Part shown: piece after piece, positions 9,457 to 18,448 of the stretch | Layout of the letters: each line of letters begins with the position of its first letter | How positions within the stretch are numbered: the stretch's first letter is position 1 | Assembly (NCBI GenBank): GCA_028286865.1 | Contig: JAQBQU010000007.1 | Span: 5,888 to 69,887 of the forward strand | Source of the DNA: Candidatus Kaiserbacteria bacterium | GTDB taxonomy: Bacteria; Patescibacteriota; Minisyncoccia; Phycocordibacterales; UBA2100 | Length of the DNA: 64,000 nucleotides | Reading direction: 5' to 3' | Notes under the pieces: generated by a model | Seen by the model: the letters and a program-made list of their open reading frames with translations, nothing else | What the model was told of the DNA's origin: nothing | Database searches by the model: none | Translations under genes and position numbers: made by a program

Positions 9457-11523
9457 CTACCGTGCGGCCGGAACGACCGTCGCCTTGTCCGACGTGAAGC
9501 CCGGGTCGGTGCCCACGAGCGCATCGGAGGAGGTCTTGGAGACCTGGGAAAGGTTGGTGTTCACTTCGGGGGTGGTCGTCTTTTTGATGACCTTTCCGGT
9601 CGCCGCGTCGGTACCGGTAAGCGTTATGTTCTTGACCAGGCTCGGCTGCTCGCCGATCTGGCTCGTAGACGGGGTGAATCCGATAGAGATCGCCATCTGG
9701 CGCGGAGCAAGACCGTTGGTCCCGACACCGGGGGCGATGTCACCCACGTTCCAGGTGAAGGTACCGTCGGCCTGATTGAATATGAGACTCTCCGTCGAAG
9801 GAGCGTGTGACCCGATCCAGCGCACATACGGCGGAAGCGTTGCGGTGACCTTCGCTCCGGTGAGCGCGTTGGTGGTGTTGGTGATCGTAAAGACGAGCGC
9901 ATACGTGGTCTCGGTACCCGCAGTCGGAGGAAGCGGTCCTGTGGAGACGAACGGATTGGCATAATAGAGCGCCTGCGCATTGAGTTCGAGATCGGTCGCA
10001 AGTTTGAGGCGCTGCTGCGCGACCGATTGAAGATTCTGCGGCACTCCCGTGTCCGAGAGGCGCTTGCCTGCAGCATTCACACTAATATCAAGATGCGGAT
10101 TCGAAACATTCTTCAGGTCCGCCGAAGACGGCACCTTGAAGGTGAACGATACGGTGCCTTTAGCTCCCGGCGCGAGTGTTTTCAAGACACCATTAGTGGT
10201 CGTTTTGTCCCATAAGACCGTATTGTCGGTCGACCGATAGAAACCGTCGGCAGTCCCGACCGTCGAGCCGTCGATCTGAAGGCCCGAGAGGCGCGCCACG
10301 ATGATGGCGTCGTTTATTTCGGTGGCCAGATGATTTGTATATTCGACCGAGATCGAGACCGTATCCCCCGGCGAAATGACGGAACTCGTCCCGAGCGAGG
10401 CCACCGCGGCGGCACTGTTGGGACCACCGTCAAAGCCGGATTGACCCGGTGTCGTGGTCGAAGTCGTATTCTTGTTCACCGAGATAGTGAGTCCCAAGAA
10501 CGGCTGCGAGATCGCAAGCGGATAGGAATTATTCGAAAGCGGCGTATCGATCGCGAGCGCGGTGCTCACGGCGCGGGTCCCTGTCGTGATGTGGAATACA
10601 CGACTGTCCCCCGGTTCACCGGAAAGTATGCCGCGTACCGCGATCTCTTTGTGCTGCCCCGGCGAGAGATCCCCCACGCTCCACAATCCGGTGGCGATCG
10701 GTGCCGGATCAGACGATTTGAATGTGAAGCCGAAGGGATAGTCGATGTGCACGAGCATGTCCTTGATCGGGGCCGATGCATTGGAGCCGACGTCGACAGT
10801 GAAAAACATCTCTTGGCCCGAAACGGTCTCGGTATTGCCGTCGACCGCGACCGTGACCGGAGAAGAGCCGAACGCGACATCATAATCGGAATCCGCCAGG
10901 AAGACCGCGTTGGATCCGGTGATGTGATATTCAAGCTCGACTTTCACCGTGGCATGAGTTCCCTGGGCCCCCGCGAAGACCGCCGAGATCGTTCCTTGTC
11001 GTGTGCCGCCGGGCTCGATCGTACCGAGCGGAATGCGTTGCGACGGAAAATCGGTCTTGAAGTCAGAGGGTGATCGGGTACCCGGCGGGTACGTAATGAC
11101 GAGTTCCGCGAGCTCGAGTGCCACGCTGTTGTGATTGGTCACGACCAGCTGAAGCTTGGTCGCTTCCCCGCCGGCAATTTCCGACGGACCCGAAACGGCA
11201 ATATCGATGTTCGACGCTGAGGCGTGAGAGCTCCCTGCGCCGAAGAGGAAGTAGTATGCGAAAAAGAGAAGTGCGCAGACGAAGAATGTGACCGCGGCGG
11301 CAAGGAACCACCAGAGCAGTTTGCGCGTATACCCGATCATGCGCGGCGCGACCATCATACCCGATGCTTCCGGCTCGGGTTGCGCCCAATCCTCGCCGAC
11401 CGCCTGTCGCGTGAGGTCGAGCGCATGCCGCGGCTTCTCGTGCAGCTTGTCGGAGAGCGAGCGCGAGTACATTGCGCGGCGCAGGCGTTCTATTTTCTCC
11501 TTCTCATGATCCGAAGGGTCCAT
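9457..11523 (-). CDS. Membrane-anchored hypothetical protein with repeated beta-sandwich (CARDB/DUF11-like) modules
   Basis: 688 aa. Charged N-terminus, one TM helix (LLWWFLAAAVTFFVCALLFFAYYFLF), then repetitive Ser/Thr/Gly-rich beta-type sequence. Confidence 0.6.
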   Translation of the reverse strand: MDPSDHEKEKIERLRRAMYSRSLSDKLHEKPRHALDLTRQAVGEDWAQPEPEASGMMVAPRMIGYTRKLLWWFLAAAVTFFVCALLFFAYYFLFGAGSSHASASNIDIAVSGPSEIAGGEATKLQLVVTNHNSVALELAELVITYPPGTRSPSDFKTDFPSQRIPLGTIEPGGTRQGTISAVFAGAQGTHATVKVELEYHITGSNAVFLADSDYDVAFGSSPVTVAVDGNTETVSGQEMFFTVDVGSNASAPIKDMLVHIDYPFGFTFKSSDPAPIATGLWSVGDLSPGQHKEIAVRGILSGEPGDSRVFHITTGTRAVSTALAIDTPLSNNSYPLAISQPFLGLTISVNKNTTSTTTPGQSGFDGGPNSAAAVASLGTSSVISPGDTVSISVEYTNHLATEINDAIIVARLSGLQIDGSTVGTADGFYRSTDNTVLWDKTTTNGVLKTLAPGAKGTVSFTFKVPSSADLKNVSNPHLDISVNAAGKRLSDTGVPQNLQSVAQQRLKLATDLELNAQALYYANPFVSTGPLPPTAGTETTYALVFTITNTTNALTGAKVTATLPPYVRWIGSHAPSTESLIFNQADGTFTWNVGDIAPGVGTNGLAPRQMAISIGFTPSTSQIGEQPSLVKNITLTGTDAATGKVIKKTTTPEVNTNLSQVSKTSSDALVGTDPGFTSDKATVVPAAR

Positions 11524-11547
11524 TCACGCAATATTACCACGCAGTGA

Positions 11548-13338
11548 CTACTCCGCGTCGCGATCTTCGTCTCGTTCGAACAAAAGCTCATCAGGGAGGC
11601 GGAAAAGCCCTTCATCGTTCTTCTTTTGCTCCATGAAGTGCGCAATGAAGCCGACCGAGCGCGGAATTATGAAGAGCGCATTGAAAAATTCCGTATCCAC
11701 AAGCTCGCGCAATGCCGCCGTATCCATCTCCTCCTTCTCAGCAAGAATATCGAGTAAGACCGCCGCCATAACGCCGTCGACATTGAGGATGAGGTTACCG
11801 TTCTTGCCCGTCGTCACCCCTTCGATGGCGCGAGCGAAATCGTAATGAGGGTGTGCACTGAGCAGTTTCGTGAATTCAGCAAGGGCGGCCACGCGTGGAT
11901 CGGGGATACCGACCCGATATTTGCGATGCCCGATCCCGGCGAGGAGCTTCCCTTCTTTCGTCTTGTTCTCGACGAATTCCTTTGCCGATACTTTGGAGGC
12001 GGCCCCTTCGTACCAGGCACGGGCCGCTTCGTTGACCGCGCCGCCAAATCGCGGACCGATCGTAAGAAGCCCTGCGGCAAGCGACGATACCATGTCCTTT
12101 CCGGCTCGCGCCGTGATCATCGTATTGACCGCGCCCGAGACGTGCCCGCCATGATCCATGAGCAGTTCGAAGATATTCTCGACGAATGCGGCAGTGACGT
12201 CGCTCACGTCGCGACCGATGAGTGCCTTGAGGGTCGCGGCCGCAAAGCCGTTCTGTTCCTGCGGCACGAGTGCGCCGTTTTTGACGAACTCGGGGACCGC
12301 ATCGAGGTCTACGATGTGCCGGGTCGAAAGTATACTCGATGCGCGTTGCATATAGACGTTTATATCCGACACTGTATCACCCCGAGGACTCTCCGGAAGC
12401 CCGCGCATTGCGGCAAGGAACTGCGGGAATGTCTCGGGAGCGATGGCTCCGGCAGATGCCAGTGCCTCGCGCTTTTCGCGCGCGCTTTCGCCCAGGTGTG
12501 CAACGAGCGCCTTCGCGTGCCCGAATTGCATATGTTCATCGAACGCTTCATCGATGACGCCCGCGATATAGCAGAGGATCGGCTTGGTGAGTTTTCCTTG
12601 TTTCAAAAGCTCAACGATCTCGTATTCGTCCACCCCGCCGAGTTCACCGAAATAGACTATTCCCTCTGTATTCGCATCGTTCTGCGCCATGAGGAGCACG
12701 TCGGAGAGTGACGTCACCGGGAAGCGGTCGCCGCCGATGCAGAGCGAAAATGAGACCCGCTTTCCGGCACCTGCGACCGCCGTGATGAGCTCATTGGTCA
12801 TGCCGCCGGAAGTCGAAACTACCGCGATATTCCCCGGCGTTGTAAGTTTTCCCTGCACGAGCTGCGCGGCGCCGATCCCGCCGATGGCGCCCAACTTCAT
12901 ATGACCGGGCACCAAAAGCCCCACTCCGGAAGGTCCGGCGATCACATATTTTTGTCCGTGCGTTTTAACGAGTTCGGTGGCATGGATCTCGGGGATATTC
13001 TCCGCAAAAAGGTGTCCGCCGAGCGCCTCGGGGAATCGCTGAAAGAATACAACGGTCGATTCGTACACGCGGCGCCCCGACTGCATATTGAGCATCCATT
13101 TGACGCGCGATGTATCTTTTTGCGGCACATCGGCGACACTTCGATAGCATGGAATGAGTATTTCTTTCGGGCCGAAGAAGAATTTTTGCGCTTTTCGCGT
13201 TGAAGCAATGATGCACACGATAGATGCCGGCTTTCCCGCGAGATGATCGAAATCGAGTATCGATTGCACGATACCGGGATGATTCCCGATCACAAGAATT
13301 CCTGTTTCTCCATTTCTGATGCGTTCGAGTGTTGTCAT
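11548..13338 (-). CDS. aclA: ATP-citrate lyase, alpha (large) subunit
   Basis: 596 aa. CoA-ligase domain (STSGGMTNE, GGDRFP), catalytic His loop QFGHAKA. C-terminal citrate-synthase-like domain collinear with ACLY (TARAGKDMVSSLAAGLLTIGPRFGG, GIGHRKYR, LILNVDG). Confidence 0.9.
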   Translation of the reverse strand: MTTLERIRNGETGILVIGNHPGIVQSILDFDHLAGKPASIVCIIASTRKAQKFFFGPKEILIPCYRSVADVPQKDTSRVKWMLNMQSGRRVYESTVVFFQRFPEALGGHLFAENIPEIHATELVKTHGQKYVIAGPSGVGLLVPGHMKLGAIGGIGAAQLVQGKLTTPGNIAVVSTSGGMTNELITAVAGAGKRVSFSLCIGGDRFPVTSLSDVLLMAQNDANTEGIVYFGELGGVDEYEIVELLKQGKLTKPILCYIAGVIDEAFDEHMQFGHAKALVAHLGESAREKREALASAGAIAPETFPQFLAAMRGLPESPRGDTVSDINVYMQRASSILSTRHIVDLDAVPEFVKNGALVPQEQNGFAAATLKALIGRDVSDVTAAFVENIFELLMDHGGHVSGAVNTMITARAGKDMVSSLAAGLLTIGPRFGGAVNEAARAWYEGAASKVSAKEFVENKTKEGKLLAGIGHRKYRVGIPDPRVAALAEFTKLLSAHPHYDFARAIEGVTTGKNGNLILNVDGVMAAVLLDILAEKEEMDTAALRELVDTEFFNALFIIPRSVGFIAHFMEQKKNDEGLFRLPDELLFERDEDRDAE

Positions 13339-14486
13339 ACATTGATATACGCGATGGCCTCTTCGACGGCGGTCGTGATCACAGCGTCTGATCCGTGGAC
13401 CGAGCCGAGCAGTTGCTCTTTCTCTAGGAACGCTTGCATGAGAGTCAGGCCCTGCGCTTCGTTGGGCCCGCCGCGGCGTACGAATACTTTTACCGAGGCG
13501 CTGCGCAGCGCATCCGCAGATTCCTGTAGAGCATCAATGATGCCCAGGAATGTTTTCTTCACGTCAGTGAAGTTCGCGACACCCCCGGCGATCACTAGCG
13601 CTTTCTTTTGAGACTTTGATGCCTGCATGAGCGAAATGATCTCCTTTGCATACAAATACGTCTCTTCCCGTGTCGGCCCTCCGCTGTATTCGCCATAATT
13701 CGCCATGCGCTTCCCCGCTCCTTCGAGCTCGGCCTCGTCCGCAATGACGATAGAACCACCTCCGCCGGAGAGCAGAAAGAAAAGTGCTCCATTGGGGTCA
13801 ATGACGGAGAGCTTGAGCGAGGCCGGCGTCGTCGCAGCGAGTGCCTCGACCCGCTCTTCGGCAGCATGTTTTGCCTTTGCTTTAATGAAGTCGTCTTCGC
13901 CCCATGAATGCACAAAGAATGAGCCGGCACTATCCACCAAGACCGCAGCATCAAGTAGGTGCACTTCACCGTCCTTGATGACGAGCGGATTTATCTCCAG
14001 AAATGCGAGAAAATTATTGTTGAAAGAATCGACGACAGTGCGGAGGAACGTTTCTGGCAGCCCCGACTGTGCGGCGATAGAAGTGATATCAGCATCACTT
14101 TTGATCACATACGTCTGCACTGCTTCGGGATGCGCTTCGATATCAACACCACCGTCTTTGGTGTGCAGCATCCGTATCCCCTCGCGCACGCGCTCAAGCG
14201 CAAAATACTGCTCTTCGCTTGCATCATGTACCAAGAAAGGTTCGAGTAGGAACTGTGAGAACCCCCGCTCCTCCCACGATCTGATGGCTACAAGCATTTC
14301 ATCGGCGGGCTTGTTGACCGACACCAACCCCTGCTTAAATCGTTTTTTTACTCCCTGATCTACCTTCGCGACCCATTCGCCTTTTGGTATCTGCATACCA
14401 CTGCCCGATCGAAGCTGAATACCTTTATACGCATCACCGACGAGGATCTTCTTCGCGCGATATTCGCTGATCTTTACGCGAGACAT
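13335..14486 (-). CDS. aclB: ATP-citrate lyase, beta (small, ATP-grasp) subunit
   Basis: 383 aa; collinear with the ACLY N-terminal part (LLEPFLVH, LEINPLV, ANYGEYSGGPTREETYLYAKEII, GGVANFTDVKKTF, VFVRRGGPN). ATGA overlap with aclA. Confidence 0.9.
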   Translation of the reverse strand: MSRVKISEYRAKKILVGDAYKGIQLRSGSGMQIPKGEWVAKVDQGVKKRFKQGLVSVNKPADEMLVAIRSWEERGFSQFLLEPFLVHDASEEQYFALERVREGIRMLHTKDGGVDIEAHPEAVQTYVIKSDADITSIAAQSGLPETFLRTVVDSFNNNFLAFLEINPLVIKDGEVHLLDAAVLVDSAGSFFVHSWGEDDFIKAKAKHAAEERVEALAATTPASLKLSVIDPNGALFFLLSGGGGSIVIADEAELEGAGKRMANYGEYSGGPTREETYLYAKEIISLMQASKSQKKALVIAGGVANFTDVKKTFLGIIDALQESADALRSASVKVFVRRGGPNEAQGLTLMQAFLEKEQLLGSVHGSDAVITTAVEEAIAYINV

Positions 14487-14490
14487 ACAT

Positions 14491-14925
14491 TTAGAATGCT
14501 AACTTGAAGACCTCGGTTTCCCGCTTCTTAAAGCCGAGGCGCATGTAAAGCTTCTGTGCCGCAACGCGGTCGGGCCCGCTTGTCAGATAGAGCTGTGTTG
14601 CCCCTGCATTTTTTGCCTCCTGTATCAGCACTTCCATTATCTTCTGACCGAGACCCTGGCCGCGATACGCTTCATCAACAACAACATCTTCAACAAAGCC
14701 TGTTTTTTTACCAAACTTTTGCGCGAGGTAGGCGGTCGCCATTCCGACGATCTTGCCCTCATCTCGCACAGCGATAAAGATAATGTTCTTGTCCGAAATG
14801 ATCGCACTGAGATGCTGCTCTGTTCCAAGTGGCTCACTCGGATCGCGACGCAACTGAAGAAGCAGGTTGTTTATTTCCTTGAGCGCATTATCCGATGATG
14901 ATGTCATTCGTTCGACGGCGATCAT
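14491..14925 (-). CDS. GNAT family N-acetyltransferase
   Basis: 144 aa; VVVDEAYRGQGLGQKIM acetyl-CoA pocket motif. Ends 4 nt upstream of the aclB start. Confidence 0.85.
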   Translation of the reverse strand: MIAVERMTSSSDNALKEINNLLLQLRRDPSEPLGTEQHLSAIISDKNIIFIAVRDEGKIVGMATAYLAQKFGKKTGFVEDVVVDEAYRGQGLGQKIMEVLIQEAKNAGATQLYLTSGPDRVAAQKLYMRLGFKKRETEVFKLAF

Positions 14926-14940
14926 ACGAAGAGCCTAGCG

Positions 14941-15510
14941 TTAGAGGTGGGTTTCGGCAAGGGCGTTATTGATCGACCGAAGCAGCTCCGGCTTAAGCTC
15001 TTCGGCCTCTGTAAGGTGCACGGCCTGATATGCGGTGTGTGAAAAAAGCGTTGATCTGAGCGCTTCGGCGGATATGTAGCCAAGTGAGTATAGGATACGT
15101 GCCACACACATGATCTCGATCGTCGGATACGCGTCCGGCGTCGTGATGAGTGCTTCGTGCGCTTCCATGAGTGTCTGGAAAATGTATTCGTTATTCTCAT
15201 CCACCCCGACGAATCGCATCGCAAGCTCTGCGATGCGGGCGAATGTCGCGAGCACCTGCGGAGAGCCCTGGGCGGTAAGGATCGCGGTCGCTCCGGCGGC
15301 ACGCCAGCCGTTCTTGCCGCGCACCAGCGACACATGGGCATACGTGTAATTCTGGAGCGCGTAGCGCATCTTCGACTTTTCGCTGCGGATCGCAGAAGCG
15401 CGTGCGCGAACGAGCCCAAAGTCGCGGGTAAAGAGCGTGATGGTACGGTCAGACTCGCCCGTTTCGCGGCTTCCGAGTACGAGTGCCTCTGTGTGATACT
15501 TTTGGTACAC
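14941..15510 (-). CDS. recO: DNA repair protein RecO
   Basis: 189 aa; N-terminal OB-fold pattern TEALVLGSRETGESDRTITLFTRDFG. Confidence 0.8.
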   Translation of the reverse strand: MYQKYHTEALVLGSRETGESDRTITLFTRDFGLVRARASAIRSEKSKMRYALQNYTYAHVSLVRGKNGWRAAGATAILTAQGSPQVLATFARIAELAMRFVGVDENNEYIFQTLMEAHEALITTPDAYPTIEIMCVARILYSLGYISAEALRSTLFSHTAYQAVHLTEAEELKPELLRSINNALAETHL

Positions 15511-15514
15511 GTTT

Positions 15515-18382
15515 TTATTTATCGAGCTCGATGGATCGTTTTTCTCCTACAACCCACTTCGTGATTGTTGTATTGGTCGCCTTCTGAAGTTCTTGTGTGC
15601 GCGTTTTAAGAATGTCGATTTCAGCCTGTGGAGCACTTAATATCGACGACACATGTGCCCCCGGCTTTAGGTCCTGTTCTTTACGGAATGCTTGGATTTC
15701 CCGCACCACATCACGCAGCATCCCATCTTCTCTGAGCGCCTCCGTAAGGGTGACATCAAGCACAACGCCTTCCCCATGCGGCACCACGATCTTCACGTTC
15801 ACCTCGTCGGCAATGATCGAGCGGAGCGCTTCAGAGAGCCGCGAGGTGCCCGGGATGGAAAGTGAGGCCAGTGGCTGGCGCACCTTGATCCCGGCCTTGT
15901 CGCGCGCTTCGAGCGCTTGCGTCACGATATCGCGGGCGGATTCCATCATTTCGAGCACTGATCTGCCGTCATCTCCTCCGAAGAGCTTTGCCCACATGCC
16001 GGCCTTTCTTGATACTTCCGGCCACATCGCGAGGTGCACACTTTCCTCGTCCTCTCCTTCCTTTACTGCTTGGAAGAGGTATTCGGCGAAGAACGGTGCC
16101 GATGGCGCCATGACGAGTGCGAGGCGATGGAGCACGAACCGTATCGTCGCGAGTGCGGCTTTCTTGTCGACCCCGTCTTCCTTGAAGCGATCACGCGAAC
16201 GTCGCAGATACCATACCGACAGATCATCGATGAATCCCGATATCGGACGCGTTGCGCTATCGAGCTGGTACTTTTCAAATGCATCAGTCACTTCTTTGAT
16301 GACGCTATCGAGGCGTGCCACGATCCACACATCGAGCACGTGCTCGCTTTGCCAGTCGCGCGGCGTCGAGTCTTCGTAGAGCTTGTAGAACGAGAGCACA
16401 TTGTTGAGTCGTCCGAGATTCTTCTTTGCCATTTCATCCACTCCCCGCTCCGAAAAACTCAGATTCTCAGCCTGCATGACCGGAGAGGAAAGCAGATACA
16501 TACGCAGCGCATCCGCCCCGTGCCGCTCGACGACCTCCATCGGGTCGGGATAGTTCTGGAGCCGCTTCGACATTTTCTTCCCATCTTCGGCAAGCACGAT
16601 GCCGTTGACGATCACATTCTGGAACGCATTTTTGTTGAACAAAGCTCCCCCGAGCACATGCAGGTAGTAGAACCATGCACGCGTCTGGTCCTGGCCCTCG
16701 GCGATGAACTGGGCCGGGAACGCCGCGTCGAACTTCTCCTTGTTCTCAAACGGATAATGCTGCGAGCCGTACGGCATCGAGCCCGAATCGAACCAGGTGT
16801 CGAGCACGTCAGGAACGCGCTTCATCGTGCCGCCGCATGCGCACGGGACAGTCACGAGATCGATCACGTGCTTGTGCAGGTCGTCGATCTTCTTGCCGCT
16901 TGCCTCTTCGAGTTCCGATGCCGAGCCGAATACCTTCTTCTCTTTGCATTTCTCACACACCCAGATCGGGATCACGCTCGCCCAGAATCGCTGGCGCGAT
17001 ATTCCCCAATCGCGCGCTCCCTCGAGCCACTTGCCGAATCGTCCTTCTTTGATGTGTTCGGGCGACCAATTGATAGATTTCGCGTGCGAAAGCAGATCCG
17101 TTTTCAGTTTAGTTACAGAAACAAACCACGACGAGGTCGCGTAATTCAAAAGCGGCGTATCGCAGCGCCAGCAGTGCGGATATGAGTGCGTGATGTTCTC
17201 CTTGGAAAAGAAAGTGCTGTGATCCTGCAGATATTTCAATACCGCGATGTCGGTACCGAGGCGCACCTTATCGTCATCGGATTTCGGCTTGGCTTCGAGG
17301 CCCGCAAAGTCGGTGACCTCCGGCTTCATCGTGCCGTCCATATTCACGTGCTGTACAAAAGGCAGATTCACCTGTTTCAAAAGCTCCCAGTCATCTGCAC
17401 CGAATGCAGGGGCCTCGTGTGCGATACCCGTACCGCTCTCGGCAGTGACGAAATCCGCGGCATACACCTTCCATCCATTCTCGCGATTCTTGAGCGTTGT
17501 GTCGTTGATGTAGTAATCGAACGGCGGCGTGTACTTCTTTCCGACCAGCTCTGATCCTTTCTGAGTTGCGACGATCGTAAACGGCTGCCCATCGAACACG
17601 TGTTCGACACGATCCTTTGCCACGATATACCGAACCCCTTCCCGTTCAGCGGTCACATATTCAACATCCGCGCCTACTGCAATCGCGACATTACCTGGAA
17701 GAGTCCACGGAGTGGTGGTCCAAGCCAACAGATACGTTCCCGGCTCATCGACGAGTTCAAACTTCACCGTGACCGAAATATCTTTTACATCCTTATACCC
17801 TTCCGATACTTCGGTCTGCGAAAGCGTGGTCTCGCAGCGCGGGCAGATGTGCATCGAGCGGTAGTCTTCGTACACGAGGCCCTTGTCGTAGATCTGCTTG
17901 AACACCCACCACACACTCTCCATGAATGGCTTGTCCATCGTGCGGTACGCGTTCTTCATGTCCGCCCAGCGGCCGATACGCGGAATGATCTTCTCCCACT
18001 CGTGCGCATATGTCAGCACCTGCTCGCGGCAGCGCTCGTTGAACTTCGCGATGCCGTATTCTTTGATGTCTTTCTTGTGCTTGAAGCCGAGTTCTTTCTC
18101 GACGATGTTCTCTATCGGGAGGCCGTGGCAGTCCCAACCCCACACCCGTGGTACGCGGTATCCGCGCATCGTCCAATAGCGCGGAACGACGTCTTTGATG
18201 ACAGAGGCGACGATGTGCCCGTAGTGCGGGAGTCCGGTCGCGAACGGCGGGCCGTCATAGAACACATAGTCGCCTTTTGGAGCATCGCGATCCACTGATT
18301 TATTGAAAATATCGTTCTCGTTCCAGAACGCGAGCATCGCCTCTTCGCGCTTATTTGTCTCACTTTTTGGCGCTTCACTCAT
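15515..18382 (-). CDS. ileS: Isoleucyl-tRNA synthetase (type 2-like)
   Basis: 955 aa; PPFATGLPHYGH (HIGH), KMSKRLQN, editing-domain insert. Confidence 0.97.
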   Translation of the reverse strand: MSEAPKSETNKREEAMLAFWNENDIFNKSVDRDAPKGDYVFYDGPPFATGLPHYGHIVASVIKDVVPRYWTMRGYRVPRVWGWDCHGLPIENIVEKELGFKHKKDIKEYGIAKFNERCREQVLTYAHEWEKIIPRIGRWADMKNAYRTMDKPFMESVWWVFKQIYDKGLVYEDYRSMHICPRCETTLSQTEVSEGYKDVKDISVTVKFELVDEPGTYLLAWTTTPWTLPGNVAIAVGADVEYVTAEREGVRYIVAKDRVEHVFDGQPFTIVATQKGSELVGKKYTPPFDYYINDTTLKNRENGWKVYAADFVTAESGTGIAHEAPAFGADDWELLKQVNLPFVQHVNMDGTMKPEVTDFAGLEAKPKSDDDKVRLGTDIAVLKYLQDHSTFFSKENITHSYPHCWRCDTPLLNYATSSWFVSVTKLKTDLLSHAKSINWSPEHIKEGRFGKWLEGARDWGISRQRFWASVIPIWVCEKCKEKKVFGSASELEEASGKKIDDLHKHVIDLVTVPCACGGTMKRVPDVLDTWFDSGSMPYGSQHYPFENKEKFDAAFPAQFIAEGQDQTRAWFYYLHVLGGALFNKNAFQNVIVNGIVLAEDGKKMSKRLQNYPDPMEVVERHGADALRMYLLSSPVMQAENLSFSERGVDEMAKKNLGRLNNVLSFYKLYEDSTPRDWQSEHVLDVWIVARLDSVIKEVTDAFEKYQLDSATRPISGFIDDLSVWYLRRSRDRFKEDGVDKKAALATIRFVLHRLALVMAPSAPFFAEYLFQAVKEGEDEESVHLAMWPEVSRKAGMWAKLFGGDDGRSVLEMMESARDIVTQALEARDKAGIKVRQPLASLSIPGTSRLSEALRSIIADEVNVKIVVPHGEGVVLDVTLTEALREDGMLRDVVREIQAFRKEQDLKPGAHVSSILSAPQAEIDILKTRTQELQKATNTTITKWVVGEKRSIELDK

Positions 18383-18448
18383 TCCCGATATGGTAACAAA
18401 AAACCGAGACCGACGCGACGAATGCCGCTTCGGTCGAACCGGAAAAAA

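Noticed and set aside
10330-11073. Long antisense or alternate-frame ORFs: 10330-11073, 11845-12711, 13705-14358, 26717-27646, 36128-37057, 37485-38144
   Set aside because: Each overlaps a better-supported gene on the other strand (the 688-aa membrane protein, aclA, aclB, the DUF2914 protein, CDF, purD) and shows low-complexity Arg/Asp/Glu-rich composition.
15597-17185. 260-aa and 383-aa plus-strand ORFs (15597-16379, 16034-17185), and 17600-18298
   Set aside because: All lie antisense within ileS. They have no recognisable domains and a biased Arg/Ser/His composition, so they are shadow ORFs.
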